From Solirubrobacterales bacterium (GTDB lineage Bacteria > Actinomycetota > Thermoleophilia > Solirubrobacterales > 70-9): a stretch of DNA of 40,374 bases. Positions 24,914 to 36,738 of the stretch are shown piece by piece (position 1 is the stretch's first letter; every line of letters begins with the position of its first letter). The translations under genes and the position numbers were made by a program. The notes below the pieces were generated by a model that ran no database searches, was not told where the DNA came from, and worked only from the letters and a program-made list of their open reading frames with translations. The stretch is taken from positions 1 to 40,374 of the forward strand of contig JAUMBO010000101.1 in NCBI GenBank assembly GCA_032119635.1, written 5' to 3'.

Positions 24914-26593
24914 GTGAGAGGCGCCGACGCACTGATGGAAGCCCTCGTTCATGAGGGCGTCGAACACATTTTCGGGATTCCCGGTGGGGCCAACCTGCCC
25001 ACCTACGACGCGCTGGTCGACGCCGACCTGAGGCACATCCAGGCCCGCCACGAGCAGGCCGCCGGTCACGCTGCCGAGGGGTACGCCCACGCCTCCGGTC
25101 GGACTGGAGTCGCCTTCGGGACCTCGGGCCCCGGCGCGACGAACCTCGTCACGGCGATCGCCGACGCGATGATGGATTCGATCCCGACCGTTTTCATCAC
25201 CGGCCAGGTCCGGTCCGACCTGATCGGGACGGACGGCTTTCAGGAAGCCGACATCGTCGGCATCACCCTGCCGATCGTCAAGCACTCGGCCCTCGTTACG
25301 GAGGCATCGCAGATTCCCGAGTACGTCCACCACGCCTTCCGGATCGCATCGACCGGTCGTCCCGGGCCGGTCCTGGTCGACATCCCCTCCGACCTGATCA
25401 GGGAGGAGATCTCGTACACCCCGCCGACCGAGCCGGTCGAGCTCCCGGGCTATCGGCCGATCGTCGAGGGCAACGCCAAGCAGGTCCGTCTCGCGGCAAA
25501 GGCGCTGGCCAACGCCAGGCGGCCGGTCATCTACACCGGTGGTGGCGTGATCCATGCCGAGGCGTCGGCGGAGCTCAGGGAGTTCTGCATGGCTGACGAC
25601 TTCCCGGTCACCTCGACCCTGATGGGCCTCGGGTCATTCCCGTCCGACTCGGACCAGTGGCTCGGGATGCTCGGCATGCATGGGACCCGGGCGGCGAACT
25701 ACGCGATGGACGAGGCTGACCTGATCGTCGCGATCGGGGCTCGGTTCGACGACCGGATCACCGGCAAGCTCTCGGAGTTCGCGCCCAACGCCAAGATCAT
25801 CCACATCGACATCGACCCGGCCGAGATCTCGAAGAACGTTCCGGCTCACATCCCGATCGTCGGTGACGCGAAGCTGATCCTGCCGAAGCTGACCGGCGAG
25901 TACCGCGCCCTCCAGACCGACTCGGAACGACTCGAGGGCTGGTGGAACCGGATCAGGGGGTGGCGGGAGGAGTACCCGCTCACCTACGAGCCGGGCCAGG
26001 ACGGGGAGATCAAGCCCCAGTTCATGATCGAGATGCTGCACAAGGTCACCGGGGGCGACGCCTTCGTCACCTCGGACGTCGGCCAGCACCAGATGTGGGT
26101 CGCCCAGTACTACGGCTTCAACGAGCCCCGCCGCTGGATCAACTCCGGCGGCCTCGGGACGATGGGCTTCGGTCTGCCTTCGGCGATCGGCGCCAAGGTT
26201 GCCTGCCCGGGAGAGGAGGTCGTCTGCGTCGCCGGTGACGGAAGCCTGATCATGAACGTCCAGGAGCTTGCCACGGCCGTTACCGAGGACATTCCGGTCA
26301 AGGTCTTCCTGATGAACAACGGCTTCATGGGCATGGTCCGGCAGTGGCAGGAACTCTTCTGGGACGGCCGGTACAGCGGCGTCGACAACGGGACCAGCCC
26401 CGACTGGGCGAAGCTTGCCGAGGCTTTCGGCGCGAAAGGCCTGAGGTGCGACGACGAGGCCGACCTCGAGGAGATGATGAGGGCGACGCTCGAACACGAC
26501 GGGACCGCGCTGCTCGACGTCCGGGTCAGCCCACGCGAGAACTGCTACCCGATGATTCCGGCCGGAAATGCGGCCAGGGACATGGTCGGCTGA
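24914..26593 (+). CDS. ilvB: Acetolactate synthase (acetohydroxyacid synthase) large subunit (about 559 aa)
   Basis: GADALMEALVHEGVEHIFGIPGGANLPTYDAL and the ThDP motif GLGTMGFGLPSAIGAK...GDGSLIMNVQELAT...NNGFMGMVRQWQ. It is followed by ilvN. I chose the GTG at 24914 because the tracked ORF start at 24812 lies inside sqdB. Confidence 0.9.
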   Translation: MRGADALMEALVHEGVEHIFGIPGGANLPTYDALVDADLRHIQARHEQAAGHAAEGYAHASGRTGVAFGTSGPGATNLVTAIADAMMDSIPTVFITGQVRSDLIGTDGFQEADIVGITLPIVKHSALVTEASQIPEYVHHAFRIASTGRPGPVLVDIPSDLIREEISYTPPTEPVELPGYRPIVEGNAKQVRLAAKALANARRPVIYTGGGVIHAEASAELREFCMADDFPVTSTLMGLGSFPSDSDQWLGMLGMHGTRAANYAMDEADLIVAIGARFDDRITGKLSEFAPNAKIIHIDIDPAEISKNVPAHIPIVGDAKLILPKLTGEYRALQTDSERLEGWWNRIRGWREEYPLTYEPGQDGEIKPQFMIEMLHKVTGGDAFVTSDVGQHQMWVAQYYGFNEPRRWINSGGLGTMGFGLPSAIGAKVACPGEEVVCVAGDGSLIMNVQELATAVTEDIPVKVFLMNNGFMGMVRQWQELFWDGRYSGVDNGTSPDWAKLAEAFGAKGLRCDDEADLEEMMRATLEHDGTALLDVRVSPRENCYPMIPAGNAARDMVG

Positions 26594-27129
26594 TGGGCTC
26601 TGCCGACATGGTCAGACTCGAGGACCTCAGGACCGGTCGATCGCTCACCGGCCGAAAGCATGTGCTCTCGATCCTCGTGGAGAACCGCCCCGGTGTGCTC
26701 GCGAGGGTCGCCGGACTGTTCTCGCGTCGGGGCTTCAACATCGACACCCTTGCCGTCGGCCCGACGGATGACCCCGAGGTTTCCCGGATCACCCTGACGC
26801 TCGACGGCGCGGTGCACCCCATCGACCAGGTGACCAAGCAGCTCCACAAATTGATCAACGTCCTGAAGATCCGGGACATGGAGCCCGAGTCGACCGTGGC
26901 CCGCGAGCTGGCCCTCTTCAAGGTCAGCGCGGCGGTCGAGAGCCGGGCCGAGATCGTCCAGTTCGCCGAAATTTTCCGGGCAAAGATCGTCGACGTCTCG
27001 CGGCGCGCCCTGATCATCGAAGTCACCGGCTCCCACGACAAGATCGAGGCTTTCGAGGCGATGGTTCGCCCGCACGGACTCTTGGAGATGGTCCGGACGG
27101 GTGAGGTCGCCCTCTCCCGGGGCGAGTGA
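26593..27129 (+). CDS. ilvN: Acetolactate synthase small (regulatory, ACT-domain) subunit (about 178 aa; the ATG at 26608 is an alternative start)
   Basis: HVLSILVENRPGVLARVAGLFSRRGFNIDTLAVGPTDDPEVSRITL is the canonical IlvN ACT domain. The ATG overlaps the ilvB TGA. Confidence 0.9.
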   Translation: MGSADMVRLEDLRTGRSLTGRKHVLSILVENRPGVLARVAGLFSRRGFNIDTLAVGPTDDPEVSRITLTLDGAVHPIDQVTKQLHKLINVLKIRDMEPESTVARELALFKVSAAVESRAEIVQFAEIFRAKIVDVSRRALIIEVTGSHDKIEAFEAMVRPHGLLEMVRTGEVALSRGE

Positions 27130-28529
27130 GACCCGGGGCAGGGGTCCTCGACCGACTGACCGGGGCTCTCCGGGGGGCAGTCGAAGAGGCCTCCCTCAGG
27201 GGCCGAAAGAGTGTCGTGTCGGTGACCTGCCGATCCGACGTCGTCGATCCCGTCGCCACGGTCTTCGCCTCCCGGAGAGCAGACGACGAATGGTTCTGCT
27301 GGGAGCAGGCGGGCGGAAAGGAGTCTCTCGCCGGCCTCGGGACCGCCGAAGCCGTCGTCTCTCGAGGGCCCGATCGCTTCACCGACCTTGCTTCCGAGTG
27401 CGCCCACCTCTCGGGGGAGGCGATCGTGGTCGACCTCGACGACTGCTCGATCAGGACCGGGCCGGTCTGGCTCGGTGGCTTCGCCTTCGACGACGACGGC
27501 AGGAGTCCCGAGTGGATCGCCTTCCCGCCGGCGAGGATGGTCCTGCCCGAGCTCCTGCTCGAGCGCAGCGGGGATCGAACCACGATGACCGTCAATCTGG
27601 TCGTTTCTGGGGGGACCGAGACCGAGGGGGCCGTCGGGTCTGCCCTGACCAGGGTCGCCGGCCTGGTCGAGCGGGACCTGCCGCTGCTCGATCCGGCTCC
27701 TGGCAGTTCGACCACGATCGAAAGCAGCGGGGATCCCGGTCACTTCGAACGCTCCGTCGCCGAGGCGTCCCGCAGGATTCGAACCGGGCGCCTCGACAAG
27801 GTCGTCCTGGCCCGCAAGGTGACCCTCGACTCGGTCGTCCCGTTCGACCCTGCAGCGCTCTTCGGAGCGATCCGGGAGGGTTTTCCCTCCTGCTTCAACT
27901 TCTGCGTCGGAACACCGGAGAGTGCCTTCATCGGGGCCAGCCCGGAGCTCCTGGTCAGCTCCGAGGGCAGAACGGTCGCCGCGGTCGGTCTCGCCGGATC
28001 GAGCAGGCGTAGTTCCGACCCGGCGGTCGACGACCACCTCGGGCAGCGCCTGCTGGCGAGCACCAAGGATCGCTCCGAGCACGAGTTCGTCGTTCGCAGG
28101 ATCGTCGATTCACTGGCCAGGCTGAGCATCTGGGTCGAGGCAGCTCCCGAGCCCGAGGTCGTCAAGGTGGCAAACATCCAGCACCTCGCGACCCCGGTGG
28201 TGGCCCAGCTGGCCGAGCCGAAGACGGCGATCGAGCTCGCCGGCAAGCTCCACCCGACGCCTGCCGTCGGTGGGGAGCCGTGGGACGAGGCCCGGCGTGT
28301 GATCGACGAGGTTGAGGGACTGGACCGGGGCTGGTACGCCGGCCCGGTCGGCTGGATGGACGGGTCCGGCGACGGTGTCTTCTGTGTCGCCCTCAGGAGT
28401 GCGCTCCTCGAGGGCCGGAAGGCGCGGCTCTACGCCGGAGTCGGCGTGGTCGCCGATTCGGACCCCGAGTCCGAGCTGGCCGAGACCGAGATCAAGCTCG
28501 GCGCCCTGTTGCCGCTGCTAGCCGACTGA
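27126..28529 (+). CDS. menF: Isochorismate synthase (467 aa)
   Basis: Chorismate-binding C-terminal domain: KVVLARKV, LHPTPAVGGEP, RGWYAGPVGW and ALRSALL...YAGVGVVADSDPESELAETEIK. It adjoins the men genes. GTGA overlap with the ilvN stop. Confidence 0.85.
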   Translation: MRPGAGVLDRLTGALRGAVEEASLRGRKSVVSVTCRSDVVDPVATVFASRRADDEWFCWEQAGGKESLAGLGTAEAVVSRGPDRFTDLASECAHLSGEAIVVDLDDCSIRTGPVWLGGFAFDDDGRSPEWIAFPPARMVLPELLLERSGDRTTMTVNLVVSGGTETEGAVGSALTRVAGLVERDLPLLDPAPGSSTTIESSGDPGHFERSVAEASRRIRTGRLDKVVLARKVTLDSVVPFDPAALFGAIREGFPSCFNFCVGTPESAFIGASPELLVSSEGRTVAAVGLAGSSRRSSDPAVDDHLGQRLLASTKDRSEHEFVVRRIVDSLARLSIWVEAAPEPEVVKVANIQHLATPVVAQLAEPKTAIELAGKLHPTPAVGGEPWDEARRVIDEVEGLDRGWYAGPVGWMDGSGDGVFCVALRSALLEGRKARLYAGVGVVADSDPESELAETEIKLGALLPLLAD

Positions 28530-30200
28530 TCAGCCGGGCCGGCGGTCCAGCTCGTACTCGATTACGAGCGGTCCTTCCCGCTCCAGTGCCGCCCCGAGCC
28601 CCGGCCCGTCGATCACCCGTGTCCACTCGATCCCGGCAGCCGCGGCGATCCGCTCGATCGATAGGTCCGACGGAGCGAGCATCAGGCGTTCGAACTCCCC
28701 GGGCGCGAGGACCTCGGCCGCCGGGAGGGTCTCGAAGATCCTGCCGCCGCCATCGTTCACGACCACGACCTTGACCCGGGCACCCGGCCTTCGGGACAGG
28801 GGAAGGCTCGACATGTCGTGGATCAGGCCGAGGTCCCCGGTCACCACGATCACCTCGCGACCGGATCCGACCGAAGCACCGGCCGCCGACCCGACCAGGC
28901 CGTCGATCCCGTTCGTGCCTCGATTCGCAAGGAAGAGGAGGTCGGTCGCGCCGGGGGGGAGGAGTGCCTCCTGGTCTCGGATCGCGAGGCTCGATGCCGT
29001 GTAGATGATCGTCCCGTCGCTCCCCGATCCAGCGACGGCGCGGTGTATGGCGGCAAGGCCACCGTCGGGCTGGTTGCCGGCCTGGGCCTCGAGCCAGGTA
29101 TCGAGGTAGTCCCTCGATCGGCCGCCCTGGACTCGCTCGCCCAGGGCCTCGAGCGTCGGGACGAGGTCCGAGCGGAGGATCGTGCCGGCGATCCGCGAGG
29201 GGTCGTACCAGTCGCCCTCGGGCCGTATCACCAGCTGGGCTGTCTCATCCAGGCCGGCCAGCCACCTCCGGAGTCCCGCCGAGGTCGGTGTCTCGCCGAT
29301 CCGGATCACCGCATCCGGAGTTTCGATCTTGGAATCCTGAGCGCTGAGTATCGAGCCGTAGGTCCAGATCACGGAATCACGCCGGTGTGGTCCCCATCTG
29401 AGTTGCGAGGTCGGCTCGGCCAGGATCGGAGCCCCCAGCGCCTCGGAGAGTTCGACCACCGGCTCACGAACGCCCGGGTCGGTGAGTCGCCCGGCGACGA
29501 TTGCGATTCGCTTACCGCCGTCGAGCACCTCGACCGCCCTGCGGATCGCCGTCTCGCCTGGATTGCGGACCGGGTCCAGGACGACGGTCAGGGGCCCATC
29601 GGACCTGCCGGAAGTCGAGAGCTCCCTCGTCGCCGTAATGGGCTCCCCGCCAGGGCGCGGGGCGAGCGGCTCCCGGAAAGGGAAATTCAGGTGGACCGGT
29701 CCGGGCAGCGGATCGCCCTTCGCGGCCGCGAATGCCCGGCAGGCGAGCTGGCGCACGTAGAGCAGGCCGTCATCGTCGCCCGCCGGCGTCCCGGCATCGG
29801 CGAACCACCGGACCGCATCCCCGTAGAGCTTGAGCTGGTCGATCGCCTGTCCCGACCCGATCCCCCGGAGCTCGGGTGGTCGGTCCGAGGTCAGGACGAG
29901 CAGGGGGATGGACGAGAGGTCTGCCTCGACGACCGCCGGGTGGTAGTTGGCGGCGGCGCTTCCGGAGGTGCAGACCAGCACGACGGGATTGCCCGTGGCC
30001 TGGGCGGCCCCTAGGGCGAAGAAGGCGGCCGAGCGCTCGTCGAGCACGACTTCTACCTGGATCGCGGGATTTCGCTCGAAGGCGAGCGCCAGCGGGGTCG
30101 AACGCGAACCCGGGGAGACCACGGCCAGCCTCACTCCGAGCCGTGACAGCTCTTCGGCAAAGACGCGTCCTACTGCCGAATTGAGGTTCTGGTCGTTCAC
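28530..30200 (-). CDS. menD: 2-succinyl-5-enolpyruvyl-6-hydroxy-3-cyclohexene-1-carboxylate (SEPHCHC) synthase, ThDP-dependent (about 556 aa)
   Basis: N-terminus NLNSAVGRVFAEELSRLGVRLAVVSPGSRSTPLALAF is MenD-like; the ThDP-binding region is NRGTNGIDGLV...GDLGLIHD. GTG at 30200 is 10 nt after the menC stop; the tracked ORF start at 30353 overlaps menC. The stop abuts the menF stop (TGATCA). Confidence 0.85.
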   Translation of the reverse strand: MNDQNLNSAVGRVFAEELSRLGVRLAVVSPGSRSTPLALAFERNPAIQVEVVLDERSAAFFALGAAQATGNPVVLVCTSGSAAANYHPAVVEADLSSIPLLVLTSDRPPELRGIGSGQAIDQLKLYGDAVRWFADAGTPAGDDDGLLYVRQLACRAFAAAKGDPLPGPVHLNFPFREPLAPRPGGEPITATRELSTSGRSDGPLTVVLDPVRNPGETAIRRAVEVLDGGKRIAIVAGRLTDPGVREPVVELSEALGAPILAEPTSQLRWGPHRRDSVIWTYGSILSAQDSKIETPDAVIRIGETPTSAGLRRWLAGLDETAQLVIRPEGDWYDPSRIAGTILRSDLVPTLEALGERVQGGRSRDYLDTWLEAQAGNQPDGGLAAIHRAVAGSGSDGTIIYTASSLAIRDQEALLPPGATDLLFLANRGTNGIDGLVGSAAGASVGSGREVIVVTGDLGLIHDMSSLPLSRRPGARVKVVVVNDGGGRIFETLPAAEVLAPGEFERLMLAPSDLSIERIAAAAGIEWTRVIDGPGLGAALEREGPLVIEYELDRRPG

Positions 30201-30210
30201 GGGCTTGAGC

Positions 30211-31257
30211 CTAGAGCCGAAACCGTTCGAGGGCCGCCTGGTCGAGCTCGACTCCGACCCCCGGCCCCTCGGGCAGCCTGAGGATCTCACGATCCATCCA
30301 GGCCTCGACGGTGGCAATCGTTCCGTCGAACAGCCCGGCCGTGGCAAGGCCATGGAAGACCGGCCCGGTCGGACCTTCAGTCGGCATCGTCGCCGCGAGA
30401 TGCCCGGCGGCAGCGATTCCGACAGGGCCGTCGAGGGCGCTGGACAGGTAGAGCGGCAGGTGTCCGCCGAGCGTTCCGTCTAGCCCCCCGACCTTGGAGA
30501 TCTTGACCGTCGCGGCGTCGCAGGCCTTCATCCGGGCCGCAGCGAGTGCCTCCCCGGGAGTCGAGACGGACTCGTCGGCGACAATCGCGATCCCGGCCGA
30601 AGACCGTACGGCCGCCATCCCGGCGAGGTCGGGGGTCGGCTGTTCGAGCAGCTCTACCCCTTCCGGACCGATTCGCTCGACGAATGCGAGAGCCTCCTCC
30701 GGGGTCCAGGCTCCGTTCGCGTCGAGCCGGAGGAGGACCCGGTCTCCGACCTCGCGCCGGACCGCCTCGACAGCCTCGCGATCTCCCGGTAGGCCGACTT
30801 TCAGCTTCACCCGGGTGAATCCCTGGTTGGCCAGTTCGCCGGCCCGCTCGGCGACCTCGGCCGGACCCCCGGCCCCGATCGTCGCGTTGCAGCGGACCTC
30901 CTGCTCACCTCCGCTGCCGGCGAGCAGCTGGTGGAGGGGAACACCGAGGCGTTTTGCCTCGAGGTCGGCGAGCGCCGTGGCGACCGCGCACCGGGCCGGC
31001 GGGGGACCTTCTGGCGGCCCGGCCGACCCCTGCTTTGCCTGGGCACCCCAATCCTCGAGAGCAGCGACCACCCCAGACAGGTCGGCACCGCCTCTCAACG
31101 AGAGCGGTACGGCTTCGCCCAGACCTTCTAGTCCGTCCTGGTCGCGGAGCTTGAGCAGGACGAGCTCGCGCTGCCGGATGCTGCCCGGGGCCGCCGTGTA
31201 GGTCTTCCGGAACGGCAGGGCGTAGGGGATCACCTCTACGGCCAGCCGGGGACTCAC
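30211..31257 (-). CDS. menC: o-Succinylbenzoate synthase (enolase superfamily, MR/MLE subgroup), 348 aa
   Basis: Enolase-superfamily pattern (KLKVG, LRLDANGAW, LEQP, IVADES) in men-cluster context. GTGA overlap with the menA stop. I cannot exclude N-succinylamino-acid racemase promiscuity from sequence alone. Confidence 0.75.
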   Translation of the reverse strand: MSPRLAVEVIPYALPFRKTYTAAPGSIRQRELVLLKLRDQDGLEGLGEAVPLSLRGGADLSGVVAALEDWGAQAKQGSAGPPEGPPPARCAVATALADLEAKRLGVPLHQLLAGSGGEQEVRCNATIGAGGPAEVAERAGELANQGFTRVKLKVGLPGDREAVEAVRREVGDRVLLRLDANGAWTPEEALAFVERIGPEGVELLEQPTPDLAGMAAVRSSAGIAIVADESVSTPGEALAAARMKACDAATVKISKVGGLDGTLGGHLPLYLSSALDGPVGIAAAGHLAATMPTEGPTGPVFHGLATAGLFDGTIATVEAWMDREILRLPEGPGVGVELDQAALERFRL

Positions 31258-32135
31258 CGGAAGATCACCAGCCCGAGTGAGGCCCCGATTCCGAACAGGG
31301 CGAGCGAGATTCCCATCTCGGCCAGGGCCCGGTTGAGGGACGGCCCGTCGGTACGGGTGTCCACGGCCCTCAGTGCCCTGATCGCGAAGGGCACCCCGGC
31401 GATGCCGAGCAGTGCGCCCTCGAAGGAGCGATCCAGCGCAACCGTCGCCAGCAGTGCGATCAGGCCTGCGACCAGCACTGCCCTGAACAGGCGCCTCGTC
31501 CAGGTGCGGCCGAACCGGGCGGCGAGGGTCAGCTTGCCGGCCCTGCGGTCGCTATCGAGATCGCGGACGTTGTTGATCACGAGGATCGCCGTGGCAAGCA
31601 TCCCGACGGTCACCGAGAGTCCGAAGGTACCGGGATCGACGGTCTCGAGCTGGACGTAGTACGACCCGTTGACGGCGACCAGGCCGAAGAAGAGGAAGAC
31701 GAAGACCTCACCAAGGCCTGCATAGCCGTACGGCTTCGGGCCCCCGGTGTAGAGCGTGCCGGCGGTGATCGAAAGCGCCCCGATCAGCAGGATCACCGGA
31801 CCGGCCAGCCAGGCCAGGTAGAGCCCGAGCAGGATCGAGAGGCCGAATGCGATCCAGGCGGCCCACAGGACCTTCGACGGGGTCGCGAGCCCGGTGGCGG
31901 TGACCCTCACCGGCCCGAGCCGGTCGGGGGTGTCGGCGCCCCTGCGGGCATCGGAGTAGTCGTTGGCCAGATTGGTGCCGATCTGGATCAGGATCGAGGC
32001 GAGCAGGGCGGCCGCGAACCCGAGCGGGCGGGGAACCGAGCCCGAGGTGGCGACCACCGCCGCCGTACCGACCAGTACCGGTGCCACCGCTGCCGGGAGA
32101 GTGCGGGGGCGGGCGGCGGTTAGCCAGATTCGCAT
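31254..32135 (-). CDS. menA: 1,4-dihydroxy-2-naphthoate polyprenyltransferase (UbiA family), about 293 aa
   Basis: MRIWLTAARPRTLPAAVAPVLVG and NLANDYSDARRG (the UbiA Asp-rich motif NxxxDxxxD-like), in a polytopic membrane protein. The ATG at 32135 is 6 nt after the menB stop; the tracked ORF start at 32348 lies inside menB. Confidence 0.85.
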   Translation of the reverse strand: MRIWLTAARPRTLPAAVAPVLVGTAAVVATSGSVPRPLGFAAALLASILIQIGTNLANDYSDARRGADTPDRLGPVRVTATGLATPSKVLWAAWIAFGLSILLGLYLAWLAGPVILLIGALSITAGTLYTGGPKPYGYAGLGEVFVFLFFGLVAVNGSYYVQLETVDPGTFGLSVTVGMLATAILVINNVRDLDSDRRAGKLTLAARFGRTWTRRLFRAVLVAGLIALLATVALDRSFEGALLGIAGVPFAIRALRAVDTRTDGPSLNRALAEMGISLALFGIGASLGLVIFR

Positions 32136-32140
32136 CGTCT

Positions 32141-33019
32141 TCAGGGTCGCTTCGGGAATCGCCCGAAGTCGGGCTGGCGACCGGCCTTGAAGGAGTCCCT
32201 TCCCTCCTGGCCTTCCTCCGACATGTAGAAGAGGAGTGTTGCGTCGTGGGAGAGCTGCTGAAGTCCGGTCAGCCCATCTTCCTCCGCGTTGAAGCTCGAC
32301 TTGAGCAGCCGGAGGGAGAGGGGGGAGAGGTGACCCATCTCGCGGCACCAGGCGACCGTTTCGGCCTCGAGGCGCTCCAGCGGCACCACCGTGTTCACCA
32401 GGCCCATCTCGACTGCCTCTTCCGCGTCATAGAGTCGACAGAGGAACCAGATCTCCTTCGCCTTCTTGACGCCGACGTTCCGCGCCAGCAGGCTGGCCCC
32501 GAACCCTCCGTCGAAGCTTCCGACCCGTGGTCCCGTCTGGCCGAAGCGGGCGTTGTCGGCGGCGATCGTCAGGTCGCAGACCAGGTGGAGGATCTGCCCC
32601 CCGCCGACTGCGTACCCGGCGACCATCGCCACGACCGGCTTCGGCAGCCTTCGGATCTGGACGTGCAGGTCGCCCACGTCGAGTCTGCCGACCCCGCTCT
32701 TTGCGACCTCGTCGTCCCCGATGTAGCCATCATCACCCCGGATCCGCTGGTCGCCGCCCGAGCAGAAAGCCTTGTCGCCGGCACCGGTGAAGATGACGCT
32801 GCCGACCCCGGTGTCGTCCCGGGCCCGGTTGAAGGCGTCACGAAGCTCGGCCAGGGTCTGAGGGCGGAATGCGTTCCGCACCTCTGGCCGGTTGATCGTG
32901 ATCTTCGCCATCGATTCCGCCCGCTCGTAGAGGATGTCCCCGTACTCGGCCGCGGACTCCCACTCGATGGGGAGGTAGAGAGTTTCTTCTGGCGGAGAGA
33001 GAGGGTGTCGTTCTGGCAC
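32141..33019 (-). CDS. menB: 1,4-dihydroxy-2-naphthoyl-CoA synthase (crotonase fold), 292 aa
   Basis: [60 protein letters not shown] and a C-terminal [20 protein letters not shown] start with GAGG 6 nt upstream. Confidence 0.92.
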   Translation of the reverse strand: MPERHPLSPPEETLYLPIEWESAAEYGDILYERAESMAKITINRPEVRNAFRPQTLAELRDAFNRARDDTGVGSVIFTGAGDKAFCSGGDQRIRGDDGYIGDDEVAKSGVGRLDVGDLHVQIRRLPKPVVAMVAGYAVGGGQILHLVCDLTIAADNARFGQTGPRVGSFDGGFGASLLARNVGVKKAKEIWFLCRLYDAEEAVEMGLVNTVVPLERLEAETVAWCREMGHLSPLSLRLLKSSFNAEEDGLTGLQQLSHDATLLFYMSEEGQEGRDSFKAGRQPDFGRFPKRP

Positions 33020-33101
33020 GGCTGGCCTCGCGTTCTGGCACGTCTGCCCGGAAGGGCTGCGTCGGAGTCCGAAAGATAGCCGGGATCGTCAGGATTGAGG
33101 C

Positions 33102-34442
33102 ATGACGCCCCACGACTGGCTCCACACCGCAGCAGTCCGCAATCCGACCGCCTTCGCGGTTGGGGACGGGCGCAGCGACCTGAGCTTCGCCGAGCTCGAT
33201 GCGCGCGCGTCCGAGGTCGCATCCCGGCTGCTCGGGCAGGGAATCGAGCCGGGCTCTTCTGCGCTGCTCGAACTCGGTGAAGGGATCGACAAGATCGTCC
33301 AGATCCACGCCCTGATCCGTCTTGGGGTCGCAGTCGTCCCTATCGATTCCGGACTGCCGGTCGGGGAGCGGGAGAAGGCGCTCGACGCCTTCACTCCGGA
33401 TCACCTGCTCGGAGCGGTAGACGGCCTGTCCGGCCCTGCCGGACCGGAGGTCGAGCGACCGAGCCCAGATGGGACGGAGGTGCTCTGCCGAATCCTCACC
33501 GGGGGATCCACCGGTCTCCCCGAGGCGGTCTCCCTGACCAGGGACAACCACTTCATGAGTGCGGTCGGATCGGCACTCAATCTCGGCCTCGAGGCAGGTG
33601 ACAGGTGGCTCTGCCCGGTAACGCTTTCCCACGTCTCGGGATTCTCGATCCTCATCCGTTCGGCGATCTACGGGACGGGATTCGTGCTGCTCGACGAGTT
33701 CTCGACCCAATCGGTGTTTGAGGCGATCGAGAAGGGTGGAGCCACGGGAGCTTCGCTGGTCCCCACCATGCTCGCCCGGCTGTTGGCCGAGGGCACCGTT
33801 CCGGAGGGTCTCCGCTTCGCCCTGGTCGGCGGCGGACCGGTCCCGGCAGGTCTGATCCTCGAGGCAGCGGAGCGGGGATTCCCAGCGGTTCCCACCTACG
33901 GCCTGACCGAGGCCTGTTCGCAGGTTGCGACCGCGACCCCGGGGTCCGCAGCGGCCCGCCCCGGAAGCGCCGGCCTGCCCATCCCGGTCACCGACGTCAG
34001 GATCGAGGGGGGCGAGATCCAGGTCAGCGGGCCGACCATCTCCCCGGATGCCGTCTCGGAGGATGGCTGGCTCCGAACCGGCGACCTCGGCAGGCTCGAC
34101 GACCAGGGACGCCTGTACGTCGAGGGCCGGAAGGATCGCCTGATCCTGAGTGGGGGGGAGAAGGTCCAGCCGGCCGAGGTCGAGGCGACCCTGACCGCCC
34201 TCCCGATCGTCTCCGAGGCAGCGGTCATCGGCATACCCGATCCCGATTGGCAGCAGGCCGTGGCCGCCGTGGTCGTGCCGGCCCCCGGAACGACTCCGGA
34301 TGAGCGGGAGCTGAGGTCGGCCTGTCGGGCGACGCTCGCCGGGTTCAAGGTGCCGAAGCGGATCGTCGTGGTCGAGCAGATGCCCCTCAACCGGGCCGGC
34401 AAACCGGACCCGGAGGAACTCGCCGAGCTGCTCGGCGGGTGA
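33102..34442 (+). CDS. menE: o-Succinylbenzoate-CoA ligase (adenylate-forming enzyme), 446 aa
   Basis: ANL-superfamily motifs (LTGGSTGLPEAV, YGLTEA, TGDLGRLDDQGRLYVEGRKDRLI, AGKPD). It is small and divergent from menB. Confidence 0.8.
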   Translation: MTPHDWLHTAAVRNPTAFAVGDGRSDLSFAELDARASEVASRLLGQGIEPGSSALLELGEGIDKIVQIHALIRLGVAVVPIDSGLPVGEREKALDAFTPDHLLGAVDGLSGPAGPEVERPSPDGTEVLCRILTGGSTGLPEAVSLTRDNHFMSAVGSALNLGLEAGDRWLCPVTLSHVSGFSILIRSAIYGTGFVLLDEFSTQSVFEAIEKGGATGASLVPTMLARLLAEGTVPEGLRFALVGGGPVPAGLILEAAERGFPAVPTYGLTEACSQVATATPGSAAARPGSAGLPIPVTDVRIEGGEIQVSGPTISPDAVSEDGWLRTGDLGRLDDQGRLYVEGRKDRLILSGGEKVQPAEVEATLTALPIVSEAAVIGIPDPDWQQAVAAVVVPAPGTTPDERELRSACRATLAGFKVPKRIVVVEQMPLNRAGKPDPEELAELLGG

Positions 34443-34483
34443 CACCCCGGGCCGACCGGGAGGCGGCCGAACCGCCCGGGCCG

Positions 34484-34489
34484 TAGCAT
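34484..34489 (+). promoter_or_regulatory. Putative -10 hexamer TAGCAT, 7 nt upstream of the ilvC ATG
   Basis: TAGCAT-ccaatcc-ATG(34497); no Shine-Dalgarno sequence. Confidence 0.4.
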
Positions 34490-34496
34490 CCAATCC

Positions 34497-36711
<2,215 letters not shown>

Positions 36712-36738
36712 GGTGAAGTCGGGAAGGGGGGTCGAGCG

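Noticed and set aside
33014-33048. TGGCACG within the 12-bp repeats resembles the -24 element of sigma-54 promoters.
   Set aside because: The GG-to-GC spacing is wrong: about 8 nt instead of the 11 nt in TGGCACG-N4-TTGC, and no TTGC follows. This gene content also suggests a lineage that generally lacks sigma-54. I kept it only as a direct repeat.
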